Origin: Nitrospirota bacterium
GTDB lineage: Bacteria; Nitrospirota; Nitrospiria; JACQCE01
Length of the DNA: 63,259 nt
NCBI GenBank assembly: GCA_016201765.1
Contig: JACQCE010000084.1
Location: 1-63,259 of the forward strand
Direction: 5' to 3'
The notes beneath the pieces were generated by a model. That model had not been told where the DNA came from, searched no databases, and worked only from the letters and a program-made list of their open reading frames with translations. The position numbers were made by a program, and so were the translations under genes. The stretch's first letter is position 1. Every line of letters starts with the position of its first letter. Of the stretch, positions 26,252 through 35,296 are shown one piece after another.

Positions 26252-27040
26252 TTATGAATCGGTTTCCTTTATTTGCAGTCGCTCGATTGCCGTCGCCCGG
26301 CCGGTGGATGGATCGACCGTGACCACCGCGCCCTGCAGAATCGCCGGCCCGTCGGCCGTTTCGAACCGCGTGGGCATCTGGGTGAGGAATTTCCGGATCG
26401 CCGATCCGGGTGTGATCCCGATCACCGACCCCAGCGGGCCGGTCATCCCGACGTCGGTCAGATACGCCGTCCCCTGGGGCAGGATCTCCTCGTCGGCGGT
26501 CTGCACATGCGTATGGGTGCCCAGCACCGCCGTGACCTGACCGTCCAGATGCCAGCCCATGGCGCGTTTCTCCGAGGTCGCCTCCGCGTGCATGTCGACG
26601 ATGATGATCTTGGTCGTCGCGCGCAGCCACTCCAGCTCCCGCCGCGCGGCCTGAAAGGGACAGTCGGTCATCGGCATGAAGACGCGGCCCATCAACTGCA
26701 GCACGCCGATCCTGTGGCCTGAGTCCAGTTCGGCGACGTAGCGGCCCAAGCCCGGCGCCTGCTCCGGATAATTGGCCGGTCGAAGGATCCGCCGCTCCTT
26801 GGCGAGATAGTCGAGCGCCTCCTTCTTGTCCCAGACGTGATTGCCGGTCGTCAGGACGTCGATCCCCATGGCGAACAATTCATCGGCGATCTTGGGCGTG
26901 ATGCCGAAACCTCCGGCGGCGTTCTCGGCGTTGCCGATCACCAGGTCGACGCCATGCTCGGCCTTGACCTCCGCCAGCCGATGCGCGATCACGCGCCGTC
27001 CTGGATCACCGACGATATCGCCTATCAACAACACTTTCAT
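26252..27040 (-). CDS. ymdB: YmdB-like metallophosphoesterase (2',3'-cyclic nucleotide phosphodiesterase family)
   Basis: MKVLLIGDIVGDPGR...VIGNAENAAGGFGIT...TTGNHVWDKKE motifs. Conserved pairing downstream of rny. Confidence 0.85.
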   Translation of the reverse strand: MKVLLIGDIVGDPGRRVIAHRLAEVKAEHGVDLVIGNAENAAGGFGITPKIADELFAMGIDVLTTGNHVWDKKEALDYLAKERRILRPANYPEQAPGLGRYVAELDSGHRIGVLQLMGRVFMPMTDCPFQAARRELEWLRATTKIIIVDMHAEATSEKRAMGWHLDGQVTAVLGTHTHVQTADEEILPQGTAYLTDVGMTGPLGSVIGITPGSAIRKFLTQMPTRFETADGPAILQGAVVTVDPSTGRATAIERLQIKETDS

Positions 27041-27060
27041 GCCGTTTCTCTCCTTGCTCT

Positions 27061-28626
27061 TTATTTGGCTGTTTCCACGTACCGGCTTTCCCGGATCACC
27101 GTGACCTTGATCTGGCCGGGATAGGTCATTTCCTTTTCAATCCGGTGGGCCAGATCCCGCGCGATGTGCGCCGCCTGGGCGTCCGACAGCTCCTCGTGGC
27201 GCAGAATCACCCGCACTTCACGGCCGGCGCGGATGGCATAGGCCTTGTCCACGCCGGTGTAGGAGACGGCCAGCCCTTCCAGTTGCTGCAGCCGCTTGAT
27301 GTACGAGGCATGCTGCTCCCGCCGGGCGCCGGGTCGGGCCGCCGACAGCCCTTCGGCAATGGCCACCAAGGCCGATTCGGGACAGATGAATTCGATATCG
27401 CCGTGATGGCCCGCAATCGCGTTGACCACTTTGGGCGACTCCCCGTAGCGGCGGGCCAGATCGGCCCCGAGATTGGGGTGCGTCCCCTCCTCTTCGTGGC
27501 TGAGCGCCTTGCCGATGTCGTGCAGCAACGCCGCCCGACGGGCCAGCTTCACATCCAGCCCCAGTTCGTGGGCCATCATGCTGCATAGATAGGCCGCCTC
27601 CCGCGCGTGGAAGAGGTTGTTCTGGCCATAGCTGGTCCGGAAGCGCAACCGGCCCAGCGTCTTGACCAGTTCCGGGTGCAGCCCCTGAATCTCCAGTTCC
27701 AGCAGCACCTTTTGCGCCTCCGACACCATGTACTCGTCCATTTCCTTCTTGACCTTTTCAACAATCTCTTCGATCCGGGCCGGATGGATGCGGCCGTCGC
27801 CCATCAATCGTTCCAGGGCGACGCGGGCGATTTCCCGGCGCAGCGGGTCGAACCCGGAGATGACGACCGCCTCCGGCGTATCGTCCACAATGATGTCCAC
27901 GCCCGTGGCCGCCTCGAGGGCGCGGATGTTGCGCCCTTCCTTGCCGATGATCCGCCCCTTCATCTCGTCATTGGGCAGTTGCACCACGGAGACCGTCGCC
28001 TCCGCCACGCAGTCGCCGGTGACCCGTTGCATGGCGTCAACGATCACCTCGCGCGCCCGCCGTTCGGCCGTCTCCTTGATCTCTTCGTCGATCTGGCGAA
28101 GCCGCTTGGCCGCCGCGAGCCGCGCGTCCTCTTCCATCATCGTCATGAGCCGCCTGGTCGCCTCCTCGGCGTTCATCCCGGCCAGTTGCTCCAGGCCGCG
28201 CTGCTGCTCCTTGATCAGCCGGTCGTACTGCTCTTCCCTCTCAGTCGCGCTCTTTTCCCGCCCGGTCACCGTCCGCTCGCGATGATGCAGATCCGATTCA
28301 CGGCGATCAGTCGATGAGACCCGGCGTTCCAATTGCGCCTCGCGCTGCTGAAGCCGCTGTTCCCGTTCGTTCGCCTCGGCCCGCCGCTGCCCCAGGGCGG
28401 TTTCGGCCGATGATTGCGCCTGCAGCAGGAGTTCCTTCGCCGCCAGCTCCGCATCCTTCCGCCGGGCGGCGGCGTCGCGCGCCGCTTCGTCCAACAGGCG
28501 CTGCGCCTGCTGCTGCGCATCGGTCAATCGCTGCTGATCACGCCGTCGTCCCTGACGATCCGCCGCCAGCCACCCCGCCAGGCCGCCGATCATCAGCCCC
28601 ACCACACCCAGCATCCATGGTGTCAT
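27061..28626 (-). CDS. rny: ribonuclease Y
   Basis: N-terminal TM, long coiled coil, KH domain (GRIIGKEGRNIRALEAATGVDIIVDD) and HD domain (LLHDIGKA). AAGGAG Shine-Dalgarno 7 nt upstream of the ATG. Confidence 0.9.
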   Translation of the reverse strand: MTPWMLGVVGLMIGGLAGWLAADRQGRRRDQQRLTDAQQQAQRLLDEAARDAAARRKDAELAAKELLLQAQSSAETALGQRRAEANEREQRLQQREAQLERRVSSTDRRESDLHHRERTVTGREKSATEREEQYDRLIKEQQRGLEQLAGMNAEEATRRLMTMMEEDARLAAAKRLRQIDEEIKETAERRAREVIVDAMQRVTGDCVAEATVSVVQLPNDEMKGRIIGKEGRNIRALEAATGVDIIVDDTPEAVVISGFDPLRREIARVALERLMGDGRIHPARIEEIVEKVKKEMDEYMVSEAQKVLLELEIQGLHPELVKTLGRLRFRTSYGQNNLFHAREAAYLCSMMAHELGLDVKLARRAALLHDIGKALSHEEEGTHPNLGADLARRYGESPKVVNAIAGHHGDIEFICPESALVAIAEGLSAARPGARREQHASYIKRLQQLEGLAVSYTGVDKAYAIRAGREVRVILRHEELSDAQAAHIARDLAHRIEKEMTYPGQIKVTVIRESRYVETAK

Positions 28627-28742
28627 TTGTCGCTCCTTTGGTCGTCAGCGTTCAACGTCCGCCCGCGCGGCCCTGCGCGCTTCGTCACAGGACGGAATGG
28701 ACATGACACACACTGCACATACACGACTGGATGGAAGAAGCA

Positions 28743-28761
28743 GCCCGGCAGACTGCCGGGC
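28743..28761 (-). terminator. hairpin terminator candidate ending the zapA-side transcript
   Basis: GCCCGGCA-GAC-TGCCGGGC, followed on the minus strand by UGCUUCUUCC. Confidence 0.4.
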
Positions 28762-29154
28762 GCGGGATCGATCGGTCAGACCGGATCAGTCAGAAACAGA
28801 CAGGAGACGCAAGCGAGGGGCACCACGATTCACCCGGCCAATGGTCTTCCGCTCATCATGGCGCCCCTGATGGGGAGGGATGCCGCGGATCGGGCGACCG
28901 GCGTCAGGGTTGAAGGGGGTTGCACCACCTGAAAGAAACCAGCTCACGCTCTTGATCTCGTTGAATGCTCTGCTCATGTCGCGCCCGAACGGCGCTTTCT
29001 GAAGATCACAATGGTCGCTACCGATCACATCCCGCCTCTTCCAGCCCCGCCTGCCCCGCGTCATCAACCGACCGACAGGCACGGCGGTTCATCACTGACA
29101 TAACGAGGCCACCTTAGCAAAGCCCCGGGGGAAAAGCAAGGCGGGCAAAATCGG

Positions 29155-29267
29155 GGTAGTGGGTCAGTTTCACCGTGACCTGTCTCAAAAATAGGGACAC
29201 GTCCCAATTTCCTCATGCGGCGCGCGGCAATCAACGAAATTGGGACGTGTCCCTATTTTGGCCACGG
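29155..29267. repeat. truncated copy of the GGGACACGTCCC palindromic repeat element (right terminal repeat missing)
   Basis: About 90% identical to 45419-45531. It ends exactly at the zapA stop codon. Confidence 0.85.
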
Positions 29268-29579
29268 TTAATGCAAATGAAGATCGTCGAATTCCTCTTC
29301 AATGCTCTCGATCAAATCCCGCGTTTTGCGGCCGATCTGCCGGATCGCCATCTGATGGTGCTGCTGTTCATCGGCCAGCCTCCGGTAGTCGTGCGCGATG
29401 TTGATCGCCGACAGGACCGCCAGCCGGCGCAGATCGTTGGTTTTCGTCTTGGCCGCGACTTCCCGGATTTTTTTGTCCACGTACCGGGCCAACTCCCGGA
29501 CGTAGGGCTCGTCGGCGTCGCCGCGCAGGGTGTATTGCTGGCCGAAAATTTCGACCACCACCGGCTTGGACGTCTTCAT
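29268..29579 (-). CDS. zapA: cell division protein ZapA
   Basis: 103 aa. VVVEIFGQQYTLRGDADEPYVRELARYVDKKIREV...LRRLAVLSAINIAHDY is the ZapA signature. ATGA overlap with the upstream gene. Confidence 0.85.
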   Translation of the reverse strand: MKTSKPVVVEIFGQQYTLRGDADEPYVRELARYVDKKIREVAAKTKTNDLRRLAVLSAINIAHDYRRLADEQQHHQMAIRQIGRKTRDLIESIEEEFDDLHLH

Positions 29580-30940
29580 GGTCGTTCCTCCCCAGCCCGC
29601 TGCGCCACCGCCCCCATGAGCTGCCCCATTTCCTTCAGCAACTCCACGAGCTGGACGCTCCACGTTTCGGCATCCGGATGCTCGATCACCAGCACCCCGT
29701 CCCCCTGCGTGCCCAGATCGAAGGGGAGATAGAGCAGCTTCTGCGGCTCCTGGACCAGCAGGAGCGGCTCCAGGGAGGCGGCCGTCAGCATGACGGTCCC
29801 CCGCCAGGGATGCTCGGTCGGCGCCCACGACGCCCGCGAGGTCGGCGCCGATGCACAGGCCACCCACCCGCTCGCGCGGGGTCCCCGTCGATACAAACGG
29901 CAGGAGGCGGCGGACAATTGATCGGCAATCATCTCGACGCCCAACCGGCACGCCTCGCCGGCCGGCAACTCCCGTCCGATGACCTCTTTAATCCCGCGCC
30001 GGATCCGATCGCGCACCCCGGATTCGCGGGCCCATTCCAGCTGCATGCCCCGGCACAAGGCCCCCGCCAGGCGGATCGCCAGCCATGAGAGCGCAAATTG
30101 ATCCGACGGACTTGGCGCCGGCTCTTCCAGGGACGGACGGGCCAGAACCATCACGCCGACCGGACGCTCCTCCAGGACCATCGGCACCGCGGTCAGCGTT
30201 TCCCTCCGACCGGTGTCATCACGCTGCACGCAATGAACCATGCGTTGACGATCGACCGCCTGCTGTGCGAGACCGGCATAGAACAACCGCTCCCCCCCGG
30301 AGGCCGCCAGGCCCCGCGCCCGTTCCAGCAACAGGCGCCGGCCCCAACCGCGATGGACAAAGAGCGCGCAGGCTGACGAACCGGAAAGCCATTGCATCCA
30401 CCACGTCATCCGTTCCAACAGCAACGGCCAGGGCGCGCCACCGGTCAGTCGTTCCAGGAATAATTCAAATTGGTCAATGCCGCCCCGGGCCGGTTCGCCG
30501 TTGTCCCCTTCCTCGTCGGCCCCCTCCTGATCCCCCACATCTTCCAATGACGCGGAGGAAGACAGCGGGCGAGCCACGGAGGAGGCATTCGCCTGCACCT
30601 GCAGGGCGGCGCGCAGGCGCCGGCAGATGGCGAGATCTTCAGGTCGAAGCAACAACGCGGTGGAGGGAAGCATGGCCTGGACGCGCCGCAACAGGGCGTC
30701 ATCCTGAATCGAGGCGATCACCAGATCGGGCGGCTCCAGCTCCGCCAGCGCCTCAACCGAGTCACGGATAAGCGGCGGACCGCCGGAGTCCGACCAGCGA
30801 AACCCCAGCGTCTCAACCTGGTAGATCAGCGCCCGCCGGTCGGGTTCGATCACCAGCAGGACGCGCGTTGACGGATCGGCATTCAGCCACGACAACAGGT
30901 GCAGGCCGGGCTCACCGCCGCCGATCAGGACCGCCTTCAT
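29576..30940 (-). CDS. hypothetical protein, Rossmann-like N-terminal region plus two GAF-like domains
   Basis: MKAVLIGGGEPGLHLL... at the N-terminus. Two segments with a GAF-like pattern (…PVGVMVLARPS…, …DGVLVIEHPD…). Translationally coupled to both flanking genes. Confidence 0.55.
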   Translation of the reverse strand: MKAVLIGGGEPGLHLLSWLNADPSTRVLLVIEPDRRALIYQVETLGFRWSDSGGPPLIRDSVEALAELEPPDLVIASIQDDALLRRVQAMLPSTALLLRPEDLAICRRLRAALQVQANASSVARPLSSSASLEDVGDQEGADEEGDNGEPARGGIDQFELFLERLTGGAPWPLLLERMTWWMQWLSGSSACALFVHRGWGRRLLLERARGLAASGGERLFYAGLAQQAVDRQRMVHCVQRDDTGRRETLTAVPMVLEERPVGVMVLARPSLEEPAPSPSDQFALSWLAIRLAGALCRGMQLEWARESGVRDRIRRGIKEVIGRELPAGEACRLGVEMIADQLSAASCRLYRRGPRASGWVACASAPTSRASWAPTEHPWRGTVMLTAASLEPLLLVQEPQKLLYLPFDLGTQGDGVLVIEHPDAETWSVQLVELLKEMGQLMGAVAQRAGEERP

Positions 30941-31506
30941 CAGGACCGTCGTTCCACGGAGCCGTTGCCCGGCTTCTCCCGTCTGGTCAGCAGCCCGCTC
31001 TCGATCAATTCCTCGATGACCGCCCGCGTGCGGCCGGGCAGCATGGCGGCCACCGCGCCCTTGCCTCCGCCGGATTCCGCGGCAGGCTGCGCGAATGAGT
31101 CCGACGGGCCGGTGGTCGCCGCTTCGGGCGCGATCATCCGCCCAATCGATTCGATCAATTGTTCAAACGGGAAGGGACGGACGAGCCATTCAATCGGGCC
31201 GTGATCGCCCCGCTGGATCGACAGGGGCGGGGCGGCCTGGTCGGTCAGAAAAAGAATCGGCGTGGCCGCCACGGCCGCCACTTTTTGCAGGCGGCGCGCC
31301 AGCTCAAGACCGTGGCTCCGGCCCAACAACCATTCCGCGATCAACAACCGGGGTCGGTGCACGATCGCCGCCACCACGGCCTCCTCAATATCCGAGGCGA
31401 CCTCGACCCGGTAACCGTGCTCGCGCAATCGATGGGCGTACAGTTGCTGAAGCTTGGGATGATCGGCCAGAATAACGAGTTGTGCGGATGCGGCCACTGC
31501 CCTCAC
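30940..31506 (-). CDS. atypical (pseudo-)receiver domain protein
   Basis: Aligns with CheY-like receivers, but the acidic pair is AD, the phospho-acceptor position is Glu (LLIAEWLL), Thr is kept (LFLTD) and Lys is replaced by Arg (LVRPF). Confidence 0.6.
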   Translation of the reverse strand: MRAVAASAQLVILADHPKLQQLYAHRLREHGYRVEVASDIEEAVVAAIVHRPRLLIAEWLLGRSHGLELARRLQKVAAVAATPILFLTDQAAPPLSIQRGDHGPIEWLVRPFPFEQLIESIGRMIAPEAATTGPSDSFAQPAAESGGGKGAVAAMLPGRTRAVIEELIESGLLTRREKPGNGSVERRS

Positions 31507-31532
31507 GCGCAGGTAAGATCTACGTTGCGGCC

Positions 31533-31561
31533 ACTATACAATGCGGCCATTTGAGTGTCAA
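31533..31561 (-). promoter_or_regulatory. sigma70 consensus promoter for the receiver-GAF-zapA operon
   Basis: Minus strand reads TTGACA-17 nt-TATAGT. Confidence 0.6.
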
Positions 31562-31587
31562 GCATACGATGTAGCACACGATGCCAT

Positions 31588-32505
31588 TCAGATGACATTG
31601 ACCGCGACGCCATTTAACACATAGGTAAAACTGATGGTCAGATCCCACTGCGAGCGATGCCAGCTTTTGGGCAGCGGCTGGTACGGGGCCAACCGTTTCA
31701 CCGCCCGGAGCGCCTCACCATCGAGCAGTGCAAAGCCGGAGCTTTGCATCAACTCCGCCGCCTTCAGCGTCCCATCCTCCAGGATGGTAATTTTGAGGAC
31801 CGTCTGCCCTTGCTGGCCCCGATCCCCGGCCTCTTTGGGATATTTCCAGATCAACTCCAATGTCCGGGCGATCTGGGCGATGTAGGAAAGATACTGCAGA
31901 TCCTCCGTATTGACCTCATACGGCGCCTTCGATTTCGGTTGATCGGTAAAGAGTCTGGCCAGCCGGTCGATCTCCTCCCGGCTGACAAACGGCAGCCCCT
32001 GCGGGGGGGCGGCGTTCCCGGGCTGCTCCGCGGCCGAAGGTGGCACCGGCGGCGCCCCGGCGCCTGTTGAAGGTTCATGGCCCGCGGTCGGCGGCAGGAT
32101 CATGGCCGGATCGCCCAGGACCATTGTGTCACGGCCGGCGTCGCGCCCCCGCGCGTTCCGTTCGGCCCGGGTCGACGGCGCGGACCGGACGGCCGGCGCC
32201 GACCCTGCACGACCGAGCGGCGCCGGCTTCAGATTGTTGGGCCGCGAAGGCAGATGGGTCGTCGGACCGATCGGCAGCTCGTTGACCACGTCGGGATCGA
32301 GCAGCGTGACCGTCAACGGGGGAGTGAGATCATCGCGGTGGGAGGCGCTGACCCATGCGGGCAATCCCCTCACCAGAAACCACGCCAGGATCAGATGCAG
32401 AAGGATCGAGCCGACCACGAACCGGCTGCGCAATCGCCCATCCCGATCCGCCCACCAGAGGGGCTCCCACTCCGTCCGTTGGATCGCCTCCGCCATGATG
32501 ATCAT
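31588..32505 (-). CDS. TonB-family protein
   Basis: N-terminal TM, a Pro/Ala-rich spacer and a TonB_C-like end (GQTVLKITILEDGTLKAAELMQSSGFALLDGEALRAVKRLAPYQPLP). Confidence 0.65.
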   Translation of the reverse strand: MIIMAEAIQRTEWEPLWWADRDGRLRSRFVVGSILLHLILAWFLVRGLPAWVSASHRDDLTPPLTVTLLDPDVVNELPIGPTTHLPSRPNNLKPAPLGRAGSAPAVRSAPSTRAERNARGRDAGRDTMVLGDPAMILPPTAGHEPSTGAGAPPVPPSAAEQPGNAAPPQGLPFVSREEIDRLARLFTDQPKSKAPYEVNTEDLQYLSYIAQIARTLELIWKYPKEAGDRGQQGQTVLKITILEDGTLKAAELMQSSGFALLDGEALRAVKRLAPYQPLPKSWHRSQWDLTISFTYVLNGVAVNVI

Positions 32506-32764
32506 TATATGTCCGCTCCCCGAAAAGGGTCAATGGAGTGTCACGTGTCCGGACAACAGGAGCGCTGCGCGGCCAATGAAATCAAAAGACGGCTTGGGGC
32601 GTGGGGGCATTGGAGGGCGCACGCTGCGACGGGGAAGGAGCAGCGAGTCTGTGCGCGCCGCCGAGTCGGTGAGGCGGCCGGATTCCGACAGTTCGCCCGC
32701 ACAGGCCCCCACATCTAATCATCGGTTGCAGCGTCGAGGAGCGCTATGATAGCGTGCAGTTCAT

Positions 32765-33862
32765 ATGCCCATTGAATTGACCAACTTGGCCGCCCTGTCG
32801 AAGGCCGAATTGCAACGGCTGACCGCCCGGTGGGGTTGGTCGCGCTACCGGACCGCCCAGGTGTGGGAGTGGCTCTATCGCCGCCGGGCCGTCTCATTTG
32901 AATCGATGACGAACCTGAGCGTCCAGATGCGGACCGAGCTGGCGCAACGGGCCTGCATCCGCTGGCCCGTGGCGGTCGAGCGGCGGATCGCCGCCGATGG
33001 CACGCGCAAGCTGCTGATCGGGCTGGAGGACGGCCGCCGGATTGAATCGGTGCTGATCCCCGATGACCGCCGGTTGACGCTCTGCCTCTCCACGCAGGTC
33101 GGCTGCACGCTCGATTGCGGCTTTTGTCTGACGGGCACAATGGGGCTGACTCGCAACCTGAAGGCCTACGAAATCGTCGGGCAGTGGGTCGTCGCGCAGC
33201 AGGAGCTTGACGAGCGGCCTGAAGGGCTTCCCCGTCGCCTGACCAATTTGGTTTTCATGGGGATGGGCGAGCCGCTCGCCAACCTGCCGGCGCTGACCGA
33301 TGCGCTGACCCGGCTGACCGATCCGCACGGCGTTGCCTTTCCGCCGCGCCGGATCACCGTCTCCACCGCCGGGCTGGCGCCGCAGATCGCCGAATTGGGC
33401 CGGTTTCAACCGGCCGTCAATCTGGCCGTGTCGCTCAACGCCACGGATGACGCCACGCGGGCGAAGATCATGCCGCTCGCCGCCCGCTATTCGATCGAGG
33501 AGCTCATGGCCGCCTGCCGGGCCTACCCCCTGGGCCCCCGCCGGTTCATCACGTTTGAGTATGTGCTGCTGGACCGGGTCAACGATTCGGACGACGATGC
33601 CCGCCGGCTGGTGCGGTTACTGCGGGGCATGCGGGCGAAGGTCAATCTCATCCCCTGGAATCCCTATCCGGGCACGCCCTTTCGGCGGCCGGCCGATGAG
33701 CGGATCGCCCGTTTTCAAACCATCCTGCTCGACGCCCGCGTCCCGACCTATATCCGCAAGAGCAAGGGGCAGGAGATTCTGGCCGCCTGCGGGCAATTGC
33801 ACAGCGCAGAGGGGGAAAAGACCCCGCAATCCGTTCAACCACTGCACCCGGCCTGGTCCTGA
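32765..33862 (+). CDS. rlmN: 23S rRNA/tRNA A2503-C2 methyltransferase RlmN (radical SAM)
   Basis: YRTAQVWEWLY, the CxxxCxxC cluster STQVGCTLDCGFCLTG, and GMGEPLAN. Confidence 0.9.
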   Translation: MPIELTNLAALSKAELQRLTARWGWSRYRTAQVWEWLYRRRAVSFESMTNLSVQMRTELAQRACIRWPVAVERRIAADGTRKLLIGLEDGRRIESVLIPDDRRLTLCLSTQVGCTLDCGFCLTGTMGLTRNLKAYEIVGQWVVAQQELDERPEGLPRRLTNLVFMGMGEPLANLPALTDALTRLTDPHGVAFPPRRITVSTAGLAPQIAELGRFQPAVNLAVSLNATDDATRAKIMPLAARYSIEELMAACRAYPLGPRRFITFEYVLLDRVNDSDDDARRLVRLLRGMRAKVNLIPWNPYPGTPFRRPADERIARFQTILLDARVPTYIRKSKGQEILAACGQLHSAEGEKTPQSVQPLHPAWS

Positions 33863-33889
33863 TCGCCCACCCGTGTCTTCGACCGTTCG

Positions 33890-33919
33890 TTGACATCACT
33901 TTTTTCCATCTGATACGAT
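33890..33919 (+). promoter_or_regulatory. sigma70-type promoter upstream of the M16 peptidase operon
   Basis: TTGACA-18 nt-TACGAT, followed by GAGGAGG 6 nt before the TTG at 33944. Confidence 0.45.
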
Positions 33920-33943
33920 GGCCGTCGTTTGAGGAGGCGTTAT

Positions 33944-35296
33944 TTGAATCGGCCATCCGTTCTTCCGTTCCGATTTGTCGTATGGTTCTGGTTGCTGCTT
34001 CTACCGGCCGCCGCGGCCGCCGCTCCGCCCTTTTCCGCCACGCTTGAGAACGGCCTGACCGTCTATATCCTGGAAGAGCCGAAGGCGCCGGTCGCCACGA
34101 TCCAGGTCTGGTATCACGTCGGCGGCCGGAACGAGCTGAGCGGCCGGACCGGTCTCGCGCACCTGCTGGAACACATGATGTTCAAGGGCACCACCAACCA
34201 CGGCAAGGGCGAATATTCCCGGCTGATCGCCAAAAACGGCGGGACGGAAAACGCGTTTACGGCCAACGACGAAACGGTCTATTTCAGCAATCTGGCCAGC
34301 GACCGGACGGAACTGGGGCTGGAACTGGAGGCCGACCGGATGGCCAATCTGCTGCTCGATCCGAAGGAGGCCATGCTCGAACGCGACGTGGTCAAGGAAG
34401 AGCGGCGGATGCGGACGGATGACGATCCCCAATCGCTGCTCGTCGAAACAGGCTACGCGCTGGCCTTCCTGGCCCACCCCTACGGCCGGCCGGTCATCGG
34501 CTGGATGGAGGACATCAGCCGCCTGACGCGCGACGACATGGCCGCCTTCTACCACCGCTATTACACGCCCAACAACGCGACGCTGGTCGTCGTGGGCGAT
34601 GTGTCGGCCAAACGACTGATGCCGGTCATCCAACGGACGTTCGGCTCGATCCCGTCCCGCCCGGTCGCATTTGATCCGATCACGCCGGAGCAGCCGCAAC
34701 TGGGCGAGCGCCGCTTCGTACTGAAGCGTGAAGCGCAACTGCCCGTCGTCTTCATGGGCTACCACGTGCCGAACTACAGCGGCGCCGATGCCGCCGCGCT
34801 CGAAGTGCTCGGCACGATTCTCTCCTCGGGCAAGAGTTCCCGTCTCTACCGGAATCTGGTGTATCAACAGCGCGTCGCGCTCAGCGCCGACGGCGGCTAC
34901 GATCCGCTGTCGATCGATCCCGACCTCTTTTACTTCTACGGCATGGCCCAACCGGGCCATACGCACGAAGAGCTGGAGGCCTCGCTCGATCAGGAGATCG
35001 CAAAACTTCAGAATGAACTGGTCGGCGACCGGGAGCTGCAAAAGGCGAAAAACGGCCTGCTGGCCGGCTACATCTTCGGGCAGGACTCGAACTTTTTCCG
35101 CGCCATGCAGATCGGCCGGACGGTCAACGTCGGCGCCGGCGTCGGCTACATCGACAGCTACGTGCCGCGCATTCAGGCCGTCACCAGGGAGGCGGTCCGG
35201 CGGGCCGCGCAACAGTATCTCGTCAAGGATCACCGGACGGTCGGCTATCTCGTCCCGCTCCCGCCCTCTTCGACACCGGGGACGCCAGCGCCATGA
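33944..35296 (+). CDS. M16-family zinc peptidase (active subunit)
   Basis: Signal peptide and the HxxEH motif GLAHLLEHMMFKGT. TTG 33944 is preferred because the GAGGAGG Shine-Dalgarno lies inside the longer ORF call (33929). Confidence 0.85.
   Translation: MNRPSVLPFRFVVWFWLLLLPAAAAAAPPFSATLENGLTVYILEEPKAPVATIQVWYHVGGRNELSGRTGLAHLLEHMMFKGTTNHGKGEYSRLIAKNGGTENAFTANDETVYFSNLASDRTELGLELEADRMANLLLDPKEAMLERDVVKEERRMRTDDDPQSLLVETGYALAFLAHPYGRPVIGWMEDISRLTRDDMAAFYHRYYTPNNATLVVVGDVSAKRLMPVIQRTFGSIPSRPVAFDPITPEQPQLGERRFVLKREAQLPVVFMGYHVPNYSGADAAALEVLGTILSSGKSSRLYRNLVYQQRVALSADGGYDPLSIDPDLFYFYGMAQPGHTHEELEASLDQEIAKLQNELVGDRELQKAKNGLLAGYIFGQDSNFFRAMQIGRTVNVGAGVGYIDSYVPRIQAVTREAVRRAAQQYLVKDHRTVGYLVPLPPSSTPGTPAP

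Noticed and set aside
28786-29082. 98-aa minus-strand ORF between rny and zapA
   Set aside because: Arg/Gly-rich with no ribosome-binding site and no recognisable domain. The region is treated as non-coding or a candidate ncRNA instead.
28745-29150. Firm call of 6S RNA (ssrS) downstream of zapA
   Set aside because: Only synteny supports it. I could not identify a closing stem, central bubble or terminal loop by eye, so it is kept as a hypothesis in the findings and not listed as a feature.
32506-32764. Promoter search in the divergent tonB-like/rlmN gap (TTGCAG…TATGAT)
   Set aside because: The spacer is only 13 nt, so it does not fit a sigma70 promoter. No other defensible motif was found.
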